Positions 28,368-37,902 of a DNA stretch of 64,000 bases are shown here, piece after piece. Positions within the stretch are counted from its first letter, which is position 1; every line of letters begins with the position of its first letter. The translations under genes were made by a program, and so were the position numbers. The DNA is from an uncultured Gemmatimonadales bacterium (GTDB taxonomy: Bacteria; Gemmatimonadota; Gemmatimonadetes; Gemmatimonadales; Gemmatimonadaceae): assembly GCA_963851265.1 (NCBI GenBank), contig CAWKNZ010000003.1, positions 96,001-160,000 of the forward strand, written 5' to 3'. A model generated the notes under the pieces. That model ran no database searches. It was not told the DNA's origin and was given only the letters and a program-made list of their open reading frames with translations.

Positions 28368-29429
28368 CTACGGCGCGAACCGCTCGCCCTGGTTGTACTC
28401 GCCGACCGCGCGGTCCTGGACGGCGCGCGCCCAGCCGGGCAGGCCGTCGCTGACCTCGTGTCCCGCGCGCCGGGCCGTGCCGCCGGCCGCGGGTGCCGGG
28501 AGGGTGCGCTCGGCGAGTCCGGCCACGTCGGCGGCCAGACCCGGCGCGAGGTCGTGGAATTTGGCGAGGAGCCACGCGCTGGCCGGCGTGATCAACTCGG
28601 CGTCGCCGTGCGCTGCGGCGTCGAGGATGCGGCGGGCCATGAGGTCGGGCGCGATGCTCGCGAACGGCGCCGAGCTGTTGGTCGCGAACCAGCGGTATTC
28701 TTCCGGCTGGTCGCCCTTGAACACGGCGTGCACCGTGCTGCCGGTGCGGATCTCGCCGGGACACACCGTGGTCACGAGTACCCCGTGCTTGGCGAGCGAG
28801 GCGCGGAGCCCTTCGGAGAGCCCGACGAGGGCGAACTTGCTCGCCGAGTAGGGAAGCAGGTGCGGCACCGACACCTTGCCGCCGATGGACGCGATGTTGA
28901 CGATGCGCCCCGAGCGGCGCGCGCGCATGCCCGGCGACACGGCCAGCACCGCGTGCAGCGCGCCGTAGAAGTTAGTCGCCAGTGCCTCGTCGAAGTCGGC
29001 GCGCGCCATCTGTTCGGAGGGGCCGACCTCGATGGTGCCGGCGTTGCTGATGAGCAGGTCGATGGGGCCGAGGCGGCGCTCGACGCCCGCGACCAGATCG
29101 TTCACGTCCTGCTCGACCGTGACGTCGCACCGCAGGGCGAGCACGTCGTCGGCGCTGCCGCCGCGGTCGGCGGCGCGCTCGACGAGTTCGGCGAGGGCGC
29201 GACTCAGGGCGACCTCGTCGCGCGCGCAGATCGCGACGCGGGTGCCGCCGTCGACGAGCTGGCGGGCGAGCTCGAGGCCCAGGCCGCGCGAGCCGCCGGT
29301 GACGAGGGCGACCTTGCTGCGGAAATCGACGCGGCGCGCGCGGCGGGTGAGCGCGCGCGCGGTCCAGTAGGCCGCACCGGCCGCGGTGAGCCAGAGGGCG
29401 GTGTTGGGCGGACGACGAGTGGCACGCAT
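28368..29429 (-). CDS. Short-chain dehydrogenase/reductase
   Basis: TGGSRGLG, SNAG, YSASK. Confidence 0.9.
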   Translation of the reverse strand: MRATRRPPNTALWLTAAGAAYWTARALTRRARRVDFRSKVALVTGGSRGLGLELARQLVDGGTRVAICARDEVALSRALAELVERAADRGGSADDVLALRCDVTVEQDVNDLVAGVERRLGPIDLLISNAGTIEVGPSEQMARADFDEALATNFYGALHAVLAVSPGMRARRSGRIVNIASIGGKVSVPHLLPYSASKFALVGLSEGLRASLAKHGVLVTTVCPGEIRTGSTVHAVFKGDQPEEYRWFATNSSAPFASIAPDLMARRILDAAAHGDAELITPASAWLLAKFHDLAPGLAADVAGLAERTLPAPAAGGTARRAGHEVSDGLPGWARAVQDRAVGEYNQGERFAP

Positions 29430-29486
29430 GACGTCGGGGCGGAGGTGAAGCACGCGCCCCGTGCCCATTTCGTACCAGTCCGCCGC

Positions 29487-30377
29487 TCAGCCCTCGAACG
29501 GCTCCATGTGCACGAGCACGCCGTCGACAGCGGGAACCTCGCGGCGGATGGCGCCCTTTACCATGCCGCCGAGCACGTGCGCCTCGTCGAGCGGCGTCTT
29601 GGGCGCGGCCTGGACGTGGATGTCGACGTGGTACACCGTGCCCGCGCGCCGCACGTTGAGCTTCTCGACGTCGAGCACACCGTCTACGGCCCGCGCGGCG
29701 CGTTCGACGGCGCCGACGACGCTGCCGTCGGGCATGCGGTCCATGAGGTCGTGGAGCGCGGGCCGGAGCAGGTGCACGCCGTTGTACGCAATGACGCCCG
29801 AGGCGAGCAACGCGGCCCAATCGTCGGCCGACGCCCACGCGGGGTGACCGTGCATGCGGCTGCCGACCACGGCCACCGCGATGCCGACGAACGCCGCGGC
29901 CGACGTGACGGCGTCGCTCAGGTGGTGGCCCGCGTCGGCCCGCACGACCGGGCTGCCGGAGTCGTCTCCGACCGCGCCGGCCCGCTGCATGAGTCGCCAC
30001 TTGACCGCAAATGCGACGACGAGCACGCCGAGCGTCCAGGGCGCGGGCACTTGATGCGGTGTCCGGATCTCGCGGATCGCTTCGACGGCGATGCCGAGCG
30101 CCGCGACGACGAGCATCGCCGAGACGACCGCCGCCGCGAGCGCCTCGGCCTTGCCGTGGCCGTAGGGGTGGTCGTGGTCGGCGGGGCGGGCCGCGACGGC
30201 GAGGCCGCCCCACACGACGGCCGAGGCGAGAATGTCGGCCCCGCTCTCGACCGCGTCGGCCACGAGGGCGTACGTGTGCCCAAAAATGCCAGCCGCGAGC
30301 TTGGTCCCTGCGAGCGCGGCGTTGACGACGAGCCCGAGTTGCGCGACGCGGATCGCGCGGCGGTGGTGGTCCGTCAC
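29487..30377 (-). CDS. Cation diffusion facilitator (FieF-like)
   Basis: ADAVES, HPYGHGKAE, HHLSD, C-terminal VHMEP. Start GTG 30377. Confidence 0.9.
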   Translation of the reverse strand: MTDHHRRAIRVAQLGLVVNAALAGTKLAAGIFGHTYALVADAVESGADILASAVVWGGLAVAARPADHDHPYGHGKAEALAAAVVSAMLVVAALGIAVEAIREIRTPHQVPAPWTLGVLVVAFAVKWRLMQRAGAVGDDSGSPVVRADAGHHLSDAVTSAAAFVGIAVAVVGSRMHGHPAWASADDWAALLASGVIAYNGVHLLRPALHDLMDRMPDGSVVGAVERAARAVDGVLDVEKLNVRRAGTVYHVDIHVQAAPKTPLDEAHVLGGMVKGAIRREVPAVDGVLVHMEPFEG

Positions 30378-30421
30378 GGGCGCTCGGAAGGAAGCGTGGC
30401 GACGCTCAGCGGGCCGACAAT

Positions 30422-32515
30422 CTACCAAATGCTCGCCCGCTGCTGGGCGGGACGTACCATCTGGTCGCCGTCCTTGCAGCCCCACGCCGCCTTGAATTCC
30501 GGCATGTTGGAGAGCGGGCCGTTGACCCGCCAGAGTGCCGGCGCGTGCGGGTCGACGGCCACCTGCGAGCGGGCGGCTTCGGGGCGCTGCAGCTCGCGCC
30601 ACACCTGGGCCCAGCCGAGGAAGAAGCGCTGCTCGGGGGTGAAGCCGTCGATGCGCGTGCGCGGCTGGTTGGCGTAGGCTTTCTGCATGGCCGCATACGC
30701 GACCGTGAGGCCGCCGAAGTCGGCGATGTTCTCGCCGGTGGTGAGGCGGCCGTTGACGTGCGTGGACGAGTCGACGACGGTGTAGGCGTCGAACTGGTCG
30801 ATGACCTTCTGCGCCTCGGCGCTGTAGCGCTTCGCGTCGCCCGCGGTCCACCAGTCGCGCAGGTTGCCCTGGGCGTCGTACTGCCGGCCCTGGTCGTCGA
30901 AGCCGTGTGTCATCTCGTGCCCGATCACCGCGCCCATGGCGCCGTAGTTGACCGCGTCGTCGGCCTGCGGGTCGTAGAACGGCGGCTGGAGGATGCCCGC
31001 GGGGAAGACGATCTCGTTCCAGGTCGGGTTGTAGTACGCGTTGACCGTGGGCGGGGTCATGCCCCACTCGGTCTTGTCCACCGGCTTGCCGAGCTTGGCC
31101 CAGTCGCGCGCCTCCTCGAAGAGCGCGGCGCGGCGGCGATTCCCGACATAGTCGCCATCGGCAACTTGAAGAGCCGAGTAGTCGCGCCAGCGGTCGGGGT
31201 ATCCGATCTTGCGCGTGAACGCGCCGAGCTTGGTGAGCGCCTGCCGCTTGGTGCTGTCGCTCATCCAGTCGAGCGCGCGGATCCGGTCGCCGAGCGCCGA
31301 CTGGAGGTTGGCGACCATGGCGAGGGCGCGGGCTTTGGCTTCGGGCGTGAACGTGCGCTGCACGTACTCCTGACCGACCATCTCGCCGAGCGCGTTGTTG
31401 ACCGCGGCGGTGCAGCGCTTCCAGCGGGGGAGCTGCTCGGTGGCGCCGGTGAAGTTGCGTTCGAAGGCGAACGCCTCCTTCACGAACGGCGTGGGCAACG
31501 CCGGGGCGGCGCCTTCGAGCGCGTGGTAGCGAAGGTAGGTGCGCCACGCGCCGACGGGCTCGCGCGCGAGGAGCGTGTCGACCGTCGCGAAGTAGGCGGG
31601 CTCCATCACGTTGACCAGCGCGGTCGGCGACACCGTGCGCGGCCCGGCCAGGTCGGCGAGGTAGCGCGTCCAGTCGAACCCCGGCGTGAGGCGCTGCGCC
31701 TCGGCCACCGTCATGCGGTGGTAGATCGCGTTAGGGTCGCGCATCGCGACGCGCGTGAGCTGCGCGCGGGCCATGCGGGTTTCGAGCGCGAGCACCTGCT
31801 GCGCGGCCGACGCCGCCTCCGAGGCCGGCGCGCCCGCGAGTTCGAGCATGCGTGCGACGTGAGCGACGTACTTGGTCCGCAGGTCGCGCGCGCGCGCGTC
31901 GTCGTTGGTGTAATAATCGCGGTCGGGCAGCCCGAGCCCGCCCTGGGCGACGACGACGAGGGTCGAGTCCGAGCGCTTGTCGTCGGTGCCGACCCCCGCA
32001 CCGAACGGGGCGAGCGAGAGTCCACTCTCGCGTTCGAGCGCGCCCAACGCGTCGCGCACCTCGGCGTTGGTGCGCAGCGCGGCGATGCGGCCGAGCACGG
32101 GTGCGATCGGGGTCAGGCCGCGGCGGTCGACGGCCGCGGAGTCGAGGCAGCTGCGGTAGTAGGCGCCGATCTTCTGGGCGTTGCTGCCGGCGGCAGCGGA
32201 CCGGTCGGCCGCGGCGGCATCGAGGATCCGGCGCAGGACGGTCTCGTTGCGGTCCTGCAACTCGTTGAAGCTGCCCCACGACGCGTACGCGGCGGGGATG
32301 GTGTTGCGCTTCAACCAGCCGCCGTCGGCGAACTGGAAGAAGTTGGTGCAGGCCGCGCAGGTCGTGTCGAGGTTGGCGGGGTCGATGCCGCGGCCGCGCG
32401 CGGAAGCCCCGGACGCCGCGGATGGGCCCTGCGCGGAGAGTATGACCGGGAAGGCGGCGGGGGCCGCCGCGAGGGCGAGCGCGAAGCGGAAGATCCGGAA
32501 ACGGCGGAGCGACAT
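30422..32515 (-). CDS. M13 family (neprilysin/PepO-like) metallopeptidase, exported
   Basis: VNAYY, HEMTH, GENIAD; signal peptide. Confidence 0.95.
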   Translation of the reverse strand: MSLRRFRIFRFALALAAAPAAFPVILSAQGPSAASGASARGRGIDPANLDTTCAACTNFFQFADGGWLKRNTIPAAYASWGSFNELQDRNETVLRRILDAAAADRSAAAGSNAQKIGAYYRSCLDSAAVDRRGLTPIAPVLGRIAALRTNAEVRDALGALERESGLSLAPFGAGVGTDDKRSDSTLVVVAQGGLGLPDRDYYTNDDARARDLRTKYVAHVARMLELAGAPASEAASAAQQVLALETRMARAQLTRVAMRDPNAIYHRMTVAEAQRLTPGFDWTRYLADLAGPRTVSPTALVNVMEPAYFATVDTLLAREPVGAWRTYLRYHALEGAAPALPTPFVKEAFAFERNFTGATEQLPRWKRCTAAVNNALGEMVGQEYVQRTFTPEAKARALAMVANLQSALGDRIRALDWMSDSTKRQALTKLGAFTRKIGYPDRWRDYSALQVADGDYVGNRRRAALFEEARDWAKLGKPVDKTEWGMTPPTVNAYYNPTWNEIVFPAGILQPPFYDPQADDAVNYGAMGAVIGHEMTHGFDDQGRQYDAQGNLRDWWTAGDAKRYSAEAQKVIDQFDAYTVVDSSTHVNGRLTTGENIADFGGLTVAYAAMQKAYANQPRTRIDGFTPEQRFFLGWAQVWRELQRPEAARSQVAVDPHAPALWRVNGPLSNMPEFKAAWGCKDGDQMVRPAQQRASIW

Positions 32516-32601
32516 CGTCGACGGTTTGGGCGAGATCAGGCGGCGTGGACGGGGGATATTACCCCGGCGCACGCCCGGCGGGCGGGCGCGCCGGGTACGG
32601 A

Positions 32602-32641
32602 GAACGGGCCGCCGTGCGATGCATCGCACGGCGGCCCGTTC
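32602..32641. repeat. Perfect 40-bp palindrome (possible terminator)
   Basis: GAACGGGCCGCCGTGCGATG|CATCGCACGGCGGCCCGTTC between the two M13 genes. Confidence 0.8.
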
Positions 32642-32727
32642 AGTCCTTCATCAGCAGCGCCACAGTACGAGCGCCACACCACGAGCGCCGTGCGCCGGCG
32701 CTCGGCGAGCGCGCGTCACCGCGCGCG

Positions 32728-34818
32728 CTACCAGATGCTCGCCCGCTGCTGCGCCGGGCGGACCATCGGGTCGCCGTCCTTGCAACCCCACGCCGCGCGG
32801 AACTCGGGCATGTTGGAGAGCGGCCCGTTCACGCGGTACATCCCGGGCGAGTGCGGGTCGGTCGCGGCAGCGACGCGGGCCGCCTCGGGGCGGCTCACCT
32901 CGCGCCACACCTGCGCCCAGCCGAGGAAGAAGCGCTGCTCGGGGGTGAAGCCGTCGATCTTCGCCTTCGACTTGCCCTGGTACGCCTTCTCCATCGCCGC
33001 GTAGGCGATCGTGAGGCCGCCCAGGTCGGCGATGTTCTCCCCCTGCGTGAGCGACCCGTTCACGTGCGTCGCCGTGTCGACCACGGTGTAGGCCGAGAAC
33101 TGGTCGACCACGCGCTGCGCCTGCGTCTTGAACTTGGCCGCGTCGGCCGCGGTCCACCAGTCGCGCAGGTTGCCCTGGGCGTCGAACTGGCGCCCCTGGT
33201 CGTCGAAGCCGTGCGACATCTCGTGCCCGATCACCGCGCCCATCGCGCCGTAGTTGACCGCGTCGTCGGCGCGCGGGTTGTAGAACGGGAACTGCAGGAT
33301 GCCCGCCGGGAAGACGATCTCGTTGACGGTCGGGTTGTAGTAGGCGTTGACCGTCGGCGGGGTCATGCCCCACTCGGTGCGGTCGACCGGCTTGCCGAGC
33401 TTGTTCCAGTTGCGCGCCTGGTTGAACTGCTGTGCGCGGCGCGCGTTGTCGTAGTAGGAATTGTCAGCGACGTCGAGCTTCGAGTAGTCGCGCCACGTGT
33501 CGGGGTAGCCGATCTTCTTCGTGAACGCGTTGAGCTTGGTGAGCGCCTGCTGCTTGGTGCTGTCGCTCATCCAGTCGAGCGCCTGGATGCGGTCGCGGAG
33601 GGCGGCCTGCAGGTTCTCGACCATGGCGAGGGCGCGCGCCTTGTCGTTCGGCGTGAACGTGCGCTTCACGTACTCCTGCCCTACGAGCTCGCCGAGTGCG
33701 GCGTTGGTCGCGTTGACGCAGCGCTTCCAGCGCGGCTGCTGCGCGGTGACGCCCGAGAGGTTGCGGCTGAAGGCGAACTGCTCGTTGACGAACGTGCTCG
33801 ACAGGGTGCCGGCCGCGCGGCTCAGCGCCTGCCAGCGCAGGTACGCCTTCCACGTCGCGAGCGGCTGAGTCCCGTAGAGCGTGTCGACGGTTGCGAGGAA
33901 CGCCGGCTGCGCGACGTTGACGGTGGTCGTCCCGCTCACGCCCGGTGCGCCCGCGTCGGTGAAGAAGCGCACCCAGTCGAAGCCGGGGGTCATCTTCTGC
34001 AGTTCGGCGACGCTCATCTTGTGGTACGTCGCGTTGGGATCGCGCATCGCGACGCGCGGCATCTGCGCCTGCGCGAGCTTCGTCTCGAGCGCGACCACGC
34101 GCGCCGCGTCGGAGTCGGCCGCGGTCTGGCTCTCCCCGGCGAGCACGAACATGCGCGCGACGTGCGGCGCATAGGCGTCGCGCACGGTCTTGTAGCGCGG
34201 CGCGTCGCTCAGGTAATAGTCGCGGTCGGGCAGCGACGTGCCGCCCTGGCCGACGTTGACGATCACCGTCTTGCTATCCTTGCGGTCCTGCCCCGCTCCC
34301 GCGCCGAACGGCGCCACGCCGGCATCGTGCTCCAGCAAGCCGAGGCGCTGCTTCATCTGGTCGACGCTGGTGAGCGCGTCGATCTCCTTCAAGACCGGGC
34401 GCACGGGGTCGAGCCCCATGCGCTCGGCCGCGGTGGAGTCCATGCACGACCGGTAGTAGCCGCCGATCTTCTGGTCGTTGCTGCCGCGCGCGGCCGCGGT
34501 GTTGGCCGCCGACGCCTCGATCACCTGACGCAGAACGGTCTCGTTTTGGTCCTGCAGCTCATTGAAGCTGCCCCAGCGCGAGTACGCGGCCGGGATGGTC
34601 GTCCGCTTCAACCAGCCGCCGTTCGCGAACTCGAAGAAGTTGGTGCACGCGGCACAGGTCGTGTCGAAGTTGGTCGGGTCGAGCGCGCGCGGCAGGGCGG
34701 GCCGGACGGTGGGCTTGGCCGCAACCTGTGCGGCGACGGTCCGCGCGACGACCGGCTGCACGAGCGCGCCAACCACGGCAGCGCCGAGCCAACCGGACCG
34801 GAGAGAGCGAGAAGGCAT
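32728..34818 (-). CDS. M13 family metallopeptidase, exported (tandem paralog)
   Basis: VNAYY, HEMSH, GENIAD; collinear with the neighbour. Confidence 0.95.
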   Translation of the reverse strand: MPSRSLRSGWLGAAVVGALVQPVVARTVAAQVAAKPTVRPALPRALDPTNFDTTCAACTNFFEFANGGWLKRTTIPAAYSRWGSFNELQDQNETVLRQVIEASAANTAAARGSNDQKIGGYYRSCMDSTAAERMGLDPVRPVLKEIDALTSVDQMKQRLGLLEHDAGVAPFGAGAGQDRKDSKTVIVNVGQGGTSLPDRDYYLSDAPRYKTVRDAYAPHVARMFVLAGESQTAADSDAARVVALETKLAQAQMPRVAMRDPNATYHKMSVAELQKMTPGFDWVRFFTDAGAPGVSGTTTVNVAQPAFLATVDTLYGTQPLATWKAYLRWQALSRAAGTLSSTFVNEQFAFSRNLSGVTAQQPRWKRCVNATNAALGELVGQEYVKRTFTPNDKARALAMVENLQAALRDRIQALDWMSDSTKQQALTKLNAFTKKIGYPDTWRDYSKLDVADNSYYDNARRAQQFNQARNWNKLGKPVDRTEWGMTPPTVNAYYNPTVNEIVFPAGILQFPFYNPRADDAVNYGAMGAVIGHEMSHGFDDQGRQFDAQGNLRDWWTAADAAKFKTQAQRVVDQFSAYTVVDTATHVNGSLTQGENIADLGGLTIAYAAMEKAYQGKSKAKIDGFTPEQRFFLGWAQVWREVSRPEAARVAAATDPHSPGMYRVNGPLSNMPEFRAAWGCKDGDPMVRPAQQRASIW

Positions 34819-34934
34819 AAGGGGAACGAAGAGGAACGCACGACGGCCCGCCGTGACCGGGGTGCATACGGTCGGCGGGAGGACGGGGTAGCCGTGATAC
34901 GCGTCGGTGGGGCGAAATGTTCGTCGATCCTGCT

Positions 34935-35073
34935 CGGCAGATAGTGCCGCGATAGCCGTTCCTGCCGCGCGCGGCAGCTCGCGCCGACGACTCGGCACTC
35001 GGTGATAACCGTCTGCCAAACAACGAGTTACACGCATTGCACCGCGTGCGGGTGGGCCGGTCCTGGAGTTGCC
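34935..35073 (+). promoter_or_regulatory. Sigma54 promoter of flgB with enhancer boxes and IHF-like site
   Basis: CGGCAGATAGTGCCG (34935), CGGCAGCTCGCGCCG (34972), CAACGAGTTA (35021), GG(35059)-N10-GC(35071). Confidence 0.7.
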
Positions 35074-35114
35074 TTCGTCGAGAGCGCGGTTCCTACCCTC
35101 TCTACTCCCGCCCC

Positions 35115-35414
35115 ATGCTCTTCGGCTTGATCGATCGTGTGACCGGCGCGGCGTCGATTCGTGGCGCGCTCGACGCCAGCGCGGCCCGCACGCGCGCCGT
35201 CGCGGACCGCGTGGCCAAGGCGTCGCTCAACAACGCTGACGGCTTCGCGATGCCGGCGACCACGGCCGAGAGTGCGAGCGGAGCCCGCCCCGGACCGCCA
35301 CCCGACCTCGAAGGCGAGATGGTGAGCCTCGGCGACGAGCAACTGCGCTACGAAGCGACCGCCAAGCTGCTGCAGACGGCGTATTCGCAGCTCCGCACGG
35401 CGATGAAGTCGTGA
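35115..35414 (+). CDS. flgB: Flagellar basal-body rod protein FlgB (short, divergent)
   Basis: ALDAS..R..AVADRVA..DLEGEMVSL..QLRYEA; upstream of flgC. Confidence 0.75.
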   Translation: MLFGLIDRVTGAASIRGALDASAARTRAVADRVAKASLNNADGFAMPATTAESASGARPGPPPDLEGEMVSLGDEQLRYEATAKLLQTAYSQLRTAMKS

Positions 35415-35427
35415 CGGGCGCGCGTTG

Positions 35428-36096
35428 ATGCCACCCACCCGGATCGGGCTGCTACCCGCGTACGTGCCGCAGTCGCCCGTACGCCCGATGTTCCGCTCGC
35501 TCGCGATCGCGGCGAGTGGGCTGTCGGCGCAGCGCGCGCGCATCGAGACCGTGGCGAGCAACCTCGCCAATGCCGACGTCACGCGCGGACCGGACGGCCA
35601 GCCGTACCGGCGCAAGGTGACGGTGATGCAGCCCGCGACGGCGGACACGCAGCTCTTCGGCGCGCTGACGCCGGGTGGGCTGAGCGGTACGGCGGCCACG
35701 CCGGTCCCGCCGTTCGGCTCGGCCGCGTTCCAAGTGCCTGCACTGGCCGCGGTGCGCAGCAACGCGGCGTTCGGTGGCGCGACGGCCACGACGGGCGACC
35801 AGTCGCGGACCGTGCAGGTGCCACTGCTGCCCGCGGCCGGCTCGCCGTCTCCGTTCGGCGGAGATGACGGGCTGCACGGCGTGCGCGTGGCAGGCATCCA
35901 GGACGACCAGACCGAGGGGCCCCTCGTCTACGATCCCGGCCACCCCGACGCCGACGCCAGCGGCTACGTGCGCTACCCGAACGTCCGCACGACCGACGAG
36001 ATGGTCGACCTCCTGGACGCACGCCGCGTCTACGAGGCGAACGCTACGGTGTTCCAATCGGCCAAAGCGATGTTGAAGAAGGCGATCGAGATCTGA
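35428..36096 (+). CDS. flgC: Flagellar basal-body rod protein FlgC
   Basis: ASGLSAQRARIETVASNLANA, YDPGHPDAD..GYVRYPNV, YEAN. Alternative start 35488. Confidence 0.93.
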   Translation: MPPTRIGLLPAYVPQSPVRPMFRSLAIAASGLSAQRARIETVASNLANADVTRGPDGQPYRRKVTVMQPATADTQLFGALTPGGLSGTAATPVPPFGSAAFQVPALAAVRSNAAFGGATATTGDQSRTVQVPLLPAAGSPSPFGGDDGLHGVRVAGIQDDQTEGPLVYDPGHPDADASGYVRYPNVRTTDEMVDLLDARRVYEANATVFQSAKAMLKKAIEI

Positions 36097-36138
36097 TCCG
36101 AGTTCCCCCGCGCGAGTCCCCTCCGAGCAAGCCCTCCC

Positions 36139-36546
36139 ATGTCCATTTCCGGCGTCAACAACCCGCTCACGAGCGGACTCGGCGCGATCGGCCGCCCGCT
36201 CACGCCGTCGGCTCCGGGCGGCGCGAACGGAGCCGGCACGCCCGGCGTGCGTCCCGGCGTCGCGCGCCCGACCGCCCCGGCCACGCCGCTCCCGCTGCGC
36301 GGCGCGACGTCGCCGCTGGGCGGCGCGCAGGCCTCGCTTCCGGCCGAGGCCCCGGCGGGTACCGACCCGGCGCTGTGGGGCGTGCTGACCAGCGAGGAGC
36401 GGTCGTTTTTCGCCAAGAGCGCGACGAGCGGCCCGCTGACCTACGGGCGCGTGGCGGCCGGCGTGCAGGCGCTGCAGGGCAACACCGCGGCCGCCAACGC
36501 GTTCGGCGCGGCCGCGCGCGGCGGGCGCCTCGACGTGAAGGCGTAG
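36139..36546 (+). CDS. Hypothetical protein in the flgBC-fliE operon
   Basis: 135 aa; LWGVLTSEERSFF core; ends RGGRLDVKA; 3 nt from fliE. Confidence 0.65.
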   Translation: MSISGVNNPLTSGLGAIGRPLTPSAPGGANGAGTPGVRPGVARPTAPATPLPLRGATSPLGGAQASLPAEAPAGTDPALWGVLTSEERSFFAKSATSGPLTYGRVAAGVQALQGNTAAANAFGAAARGGRLDVKA

Positions 36547-36549
36547 CCC

Positions 36550-36906
36550 GTGTCCGACGCGATCTCCGCGATCACGAGCCGGATGCGGATGCATTCGGCG
36601 ATCGGGAACGGCATCGCCGGCGGGCTCGGACTCGACTCCGGGTCTTCGATCCACGTCCCGATCGGCGCCCCCCGAGACGCCGGCGGCGCCTCGTTCGGCG
36701 ACACGCTCAAGCAGTTCGTGAGCGGCGTCTCGGACCAGCAGGACGCGGCGGGGGAGCTCAAGGACCGCTTTCTCCGGGGCGAGCCGGTCGAGCTGCACCA
36801 GGTGATGGCGGCGGGCGAGGAGGCGAGCCTCTCGCTCGAGATGATGGTCGAGCTGCGCAACAAGGTGCTCGACGCGTACAAGACGCTCACCGCGATGCAG
36901 AGCTGA
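36550..36906 (+). CDS. fliE: Flagellar hook-basal body protein FliE
   Basis: SFGDTLK..LHQVMAA..ELRNKVLDAY. Confidence 0.92.
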   Translation: MSDAISAITSRMRMHSAIGNGIAGGLGLDSGSSIHVPIGAPRDAGGASFGDTLKQFVSGVSDQQDAAGELKDRFLRGEPVELHQVMAAGEEASLSLEMMVELRNKVLDAYKTLTAMQS

Positions 36907-37041
36907 CGCCGCGCGGGCGCTCGCTTTCCTCCCATCCGGCCGAAACCGCCGCGCCGGTGTATCATCCCGTGTCCAGGACAGGGTCCTGGTCGGCGGGGCA
37001 CCAATGCGGCGCCCTCGTCCGCGCTCCTTCACCCGTACCGC

Positions 37042-37716
37042 ATGACAGCACCACCCGCGCGCCGGCAGCAGGCCGCGCGCCCACACTCGGCGGAACGCGC
37101 CCCCAAGAGCAACGCTCGGGGCGCACCGGCCGACGCGCTTTACGCGCCATCCCAGCAGCACGGGCACATTGCCCACCCCCAGGGCGGCCACCCGACCAAC
37201 GGCCAGCAGCACCACGGCCACGGCCCGCTGACGCACGACGCGCCCTCACACGCGACGTCGCTGCACGAGGCGCCCAAGCGCGCCCGCCGCTCGCGCCGCC
37301 GGTCGCCGTACGCCGCCGCCGAGCAGGAACGCTCGGTGTCGCTGCCGACCGACCGCGAGGCCTACGGCGAGACCCGCCGGTGGTTGCTCGCGCAGCACGG
37401 CCCGGTGTGCGCCTACTGCGCGCGCAAGGTGCCCGAAGGGGAAATCACTCTCGACCACGTGACGCCCCGCCGCGGGCGCACGGCGTACGACCGCCGCGAC
37501 AACCTCGTCCTGGCGTGCCGGCGGTGTAACGGCCTCAAGGCCGACAAGCCGATCCTGGCGTACCTGATGTCGCACCGCCCCCGGGCGGCCTCGCTGCTCT
37601 ACTACGGGCGGCACCTCAGTCCCATGCTCGTCGACCTCGCCCGCAACATGGCCGATCCCGAGGATCTGGCCCGCGTGACGCGACTCGCCGATCCGGACTA
37701 CCCGTACCGCGACTGA
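37042..37716 (+). CDS. HNH endonuclease family protein
   Basis: CAYC..TLDHVTP..NLVLACRRCNGLK. True start may be GTG near 37336. Confidence 0.8.
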   Translation: MTAPPARRQQAARPHSAERAPKSNARGAPADALYAPSQQHGHIAHPQGGHPTNGQQHHGHGPLTHDAPSHATSLHEAPKRARRSRRRSPYAAAEQERSVSLPTDREAYGETRRWLLAQHGPVCAYCARKVPEGEITLDHVTPRRGRTAYDRRDNLVLACRRCNGLKADKPILAYLMSHRPRAASLLYYGRHLSPMLVDLARNMADPEDLARVTRLADPDYPYRD

Positions 37717-37751
37717 ATCCGGCGCTCGTCGCCCGACACCCGACGGCGAAG

Positions 37752-37889
37752 CGGCCGAGCATGCCGCTTCGCACTCGGTAAAAGCTGCCGCTCGGCGAAG
37801 TCGAGTAGATGGGCCGACGCCTCCGACGTCGGCCCAAGTCGTTTCCGGGCAACGTGTTAGCGAGAGTCGGCCGGTGGAACGGGCAGTGC
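37752..37889 (+). promoter_or_regulatory. Sigma54 promoter of fliF with enhancer boxes and IHF-like site
   Basis: CGGCCGAGCATGCCG (37752), CGGTAAAAGCTGCCG (37776), CAACGTGTTA (37850), TGGAACGGGCAGTGC (37875-37889). Confidence 0.7.
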
Positions 37890-37902
37890 CTCTGCGCTTG
37901 GC

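Noticed and set aside
28227..34944. Long plus-strand ORFs (816, 819 and 799 aa)
   Set aside because: Antisense shadows of the SDR, CDF and M13 genes with no recognisable motifs.
37042..37716. HNH as part of a CRISPR, IscB or restriction system
   Set aside because: No RuvC motifs, repeat array, methyltransferase or IS ends nearby.
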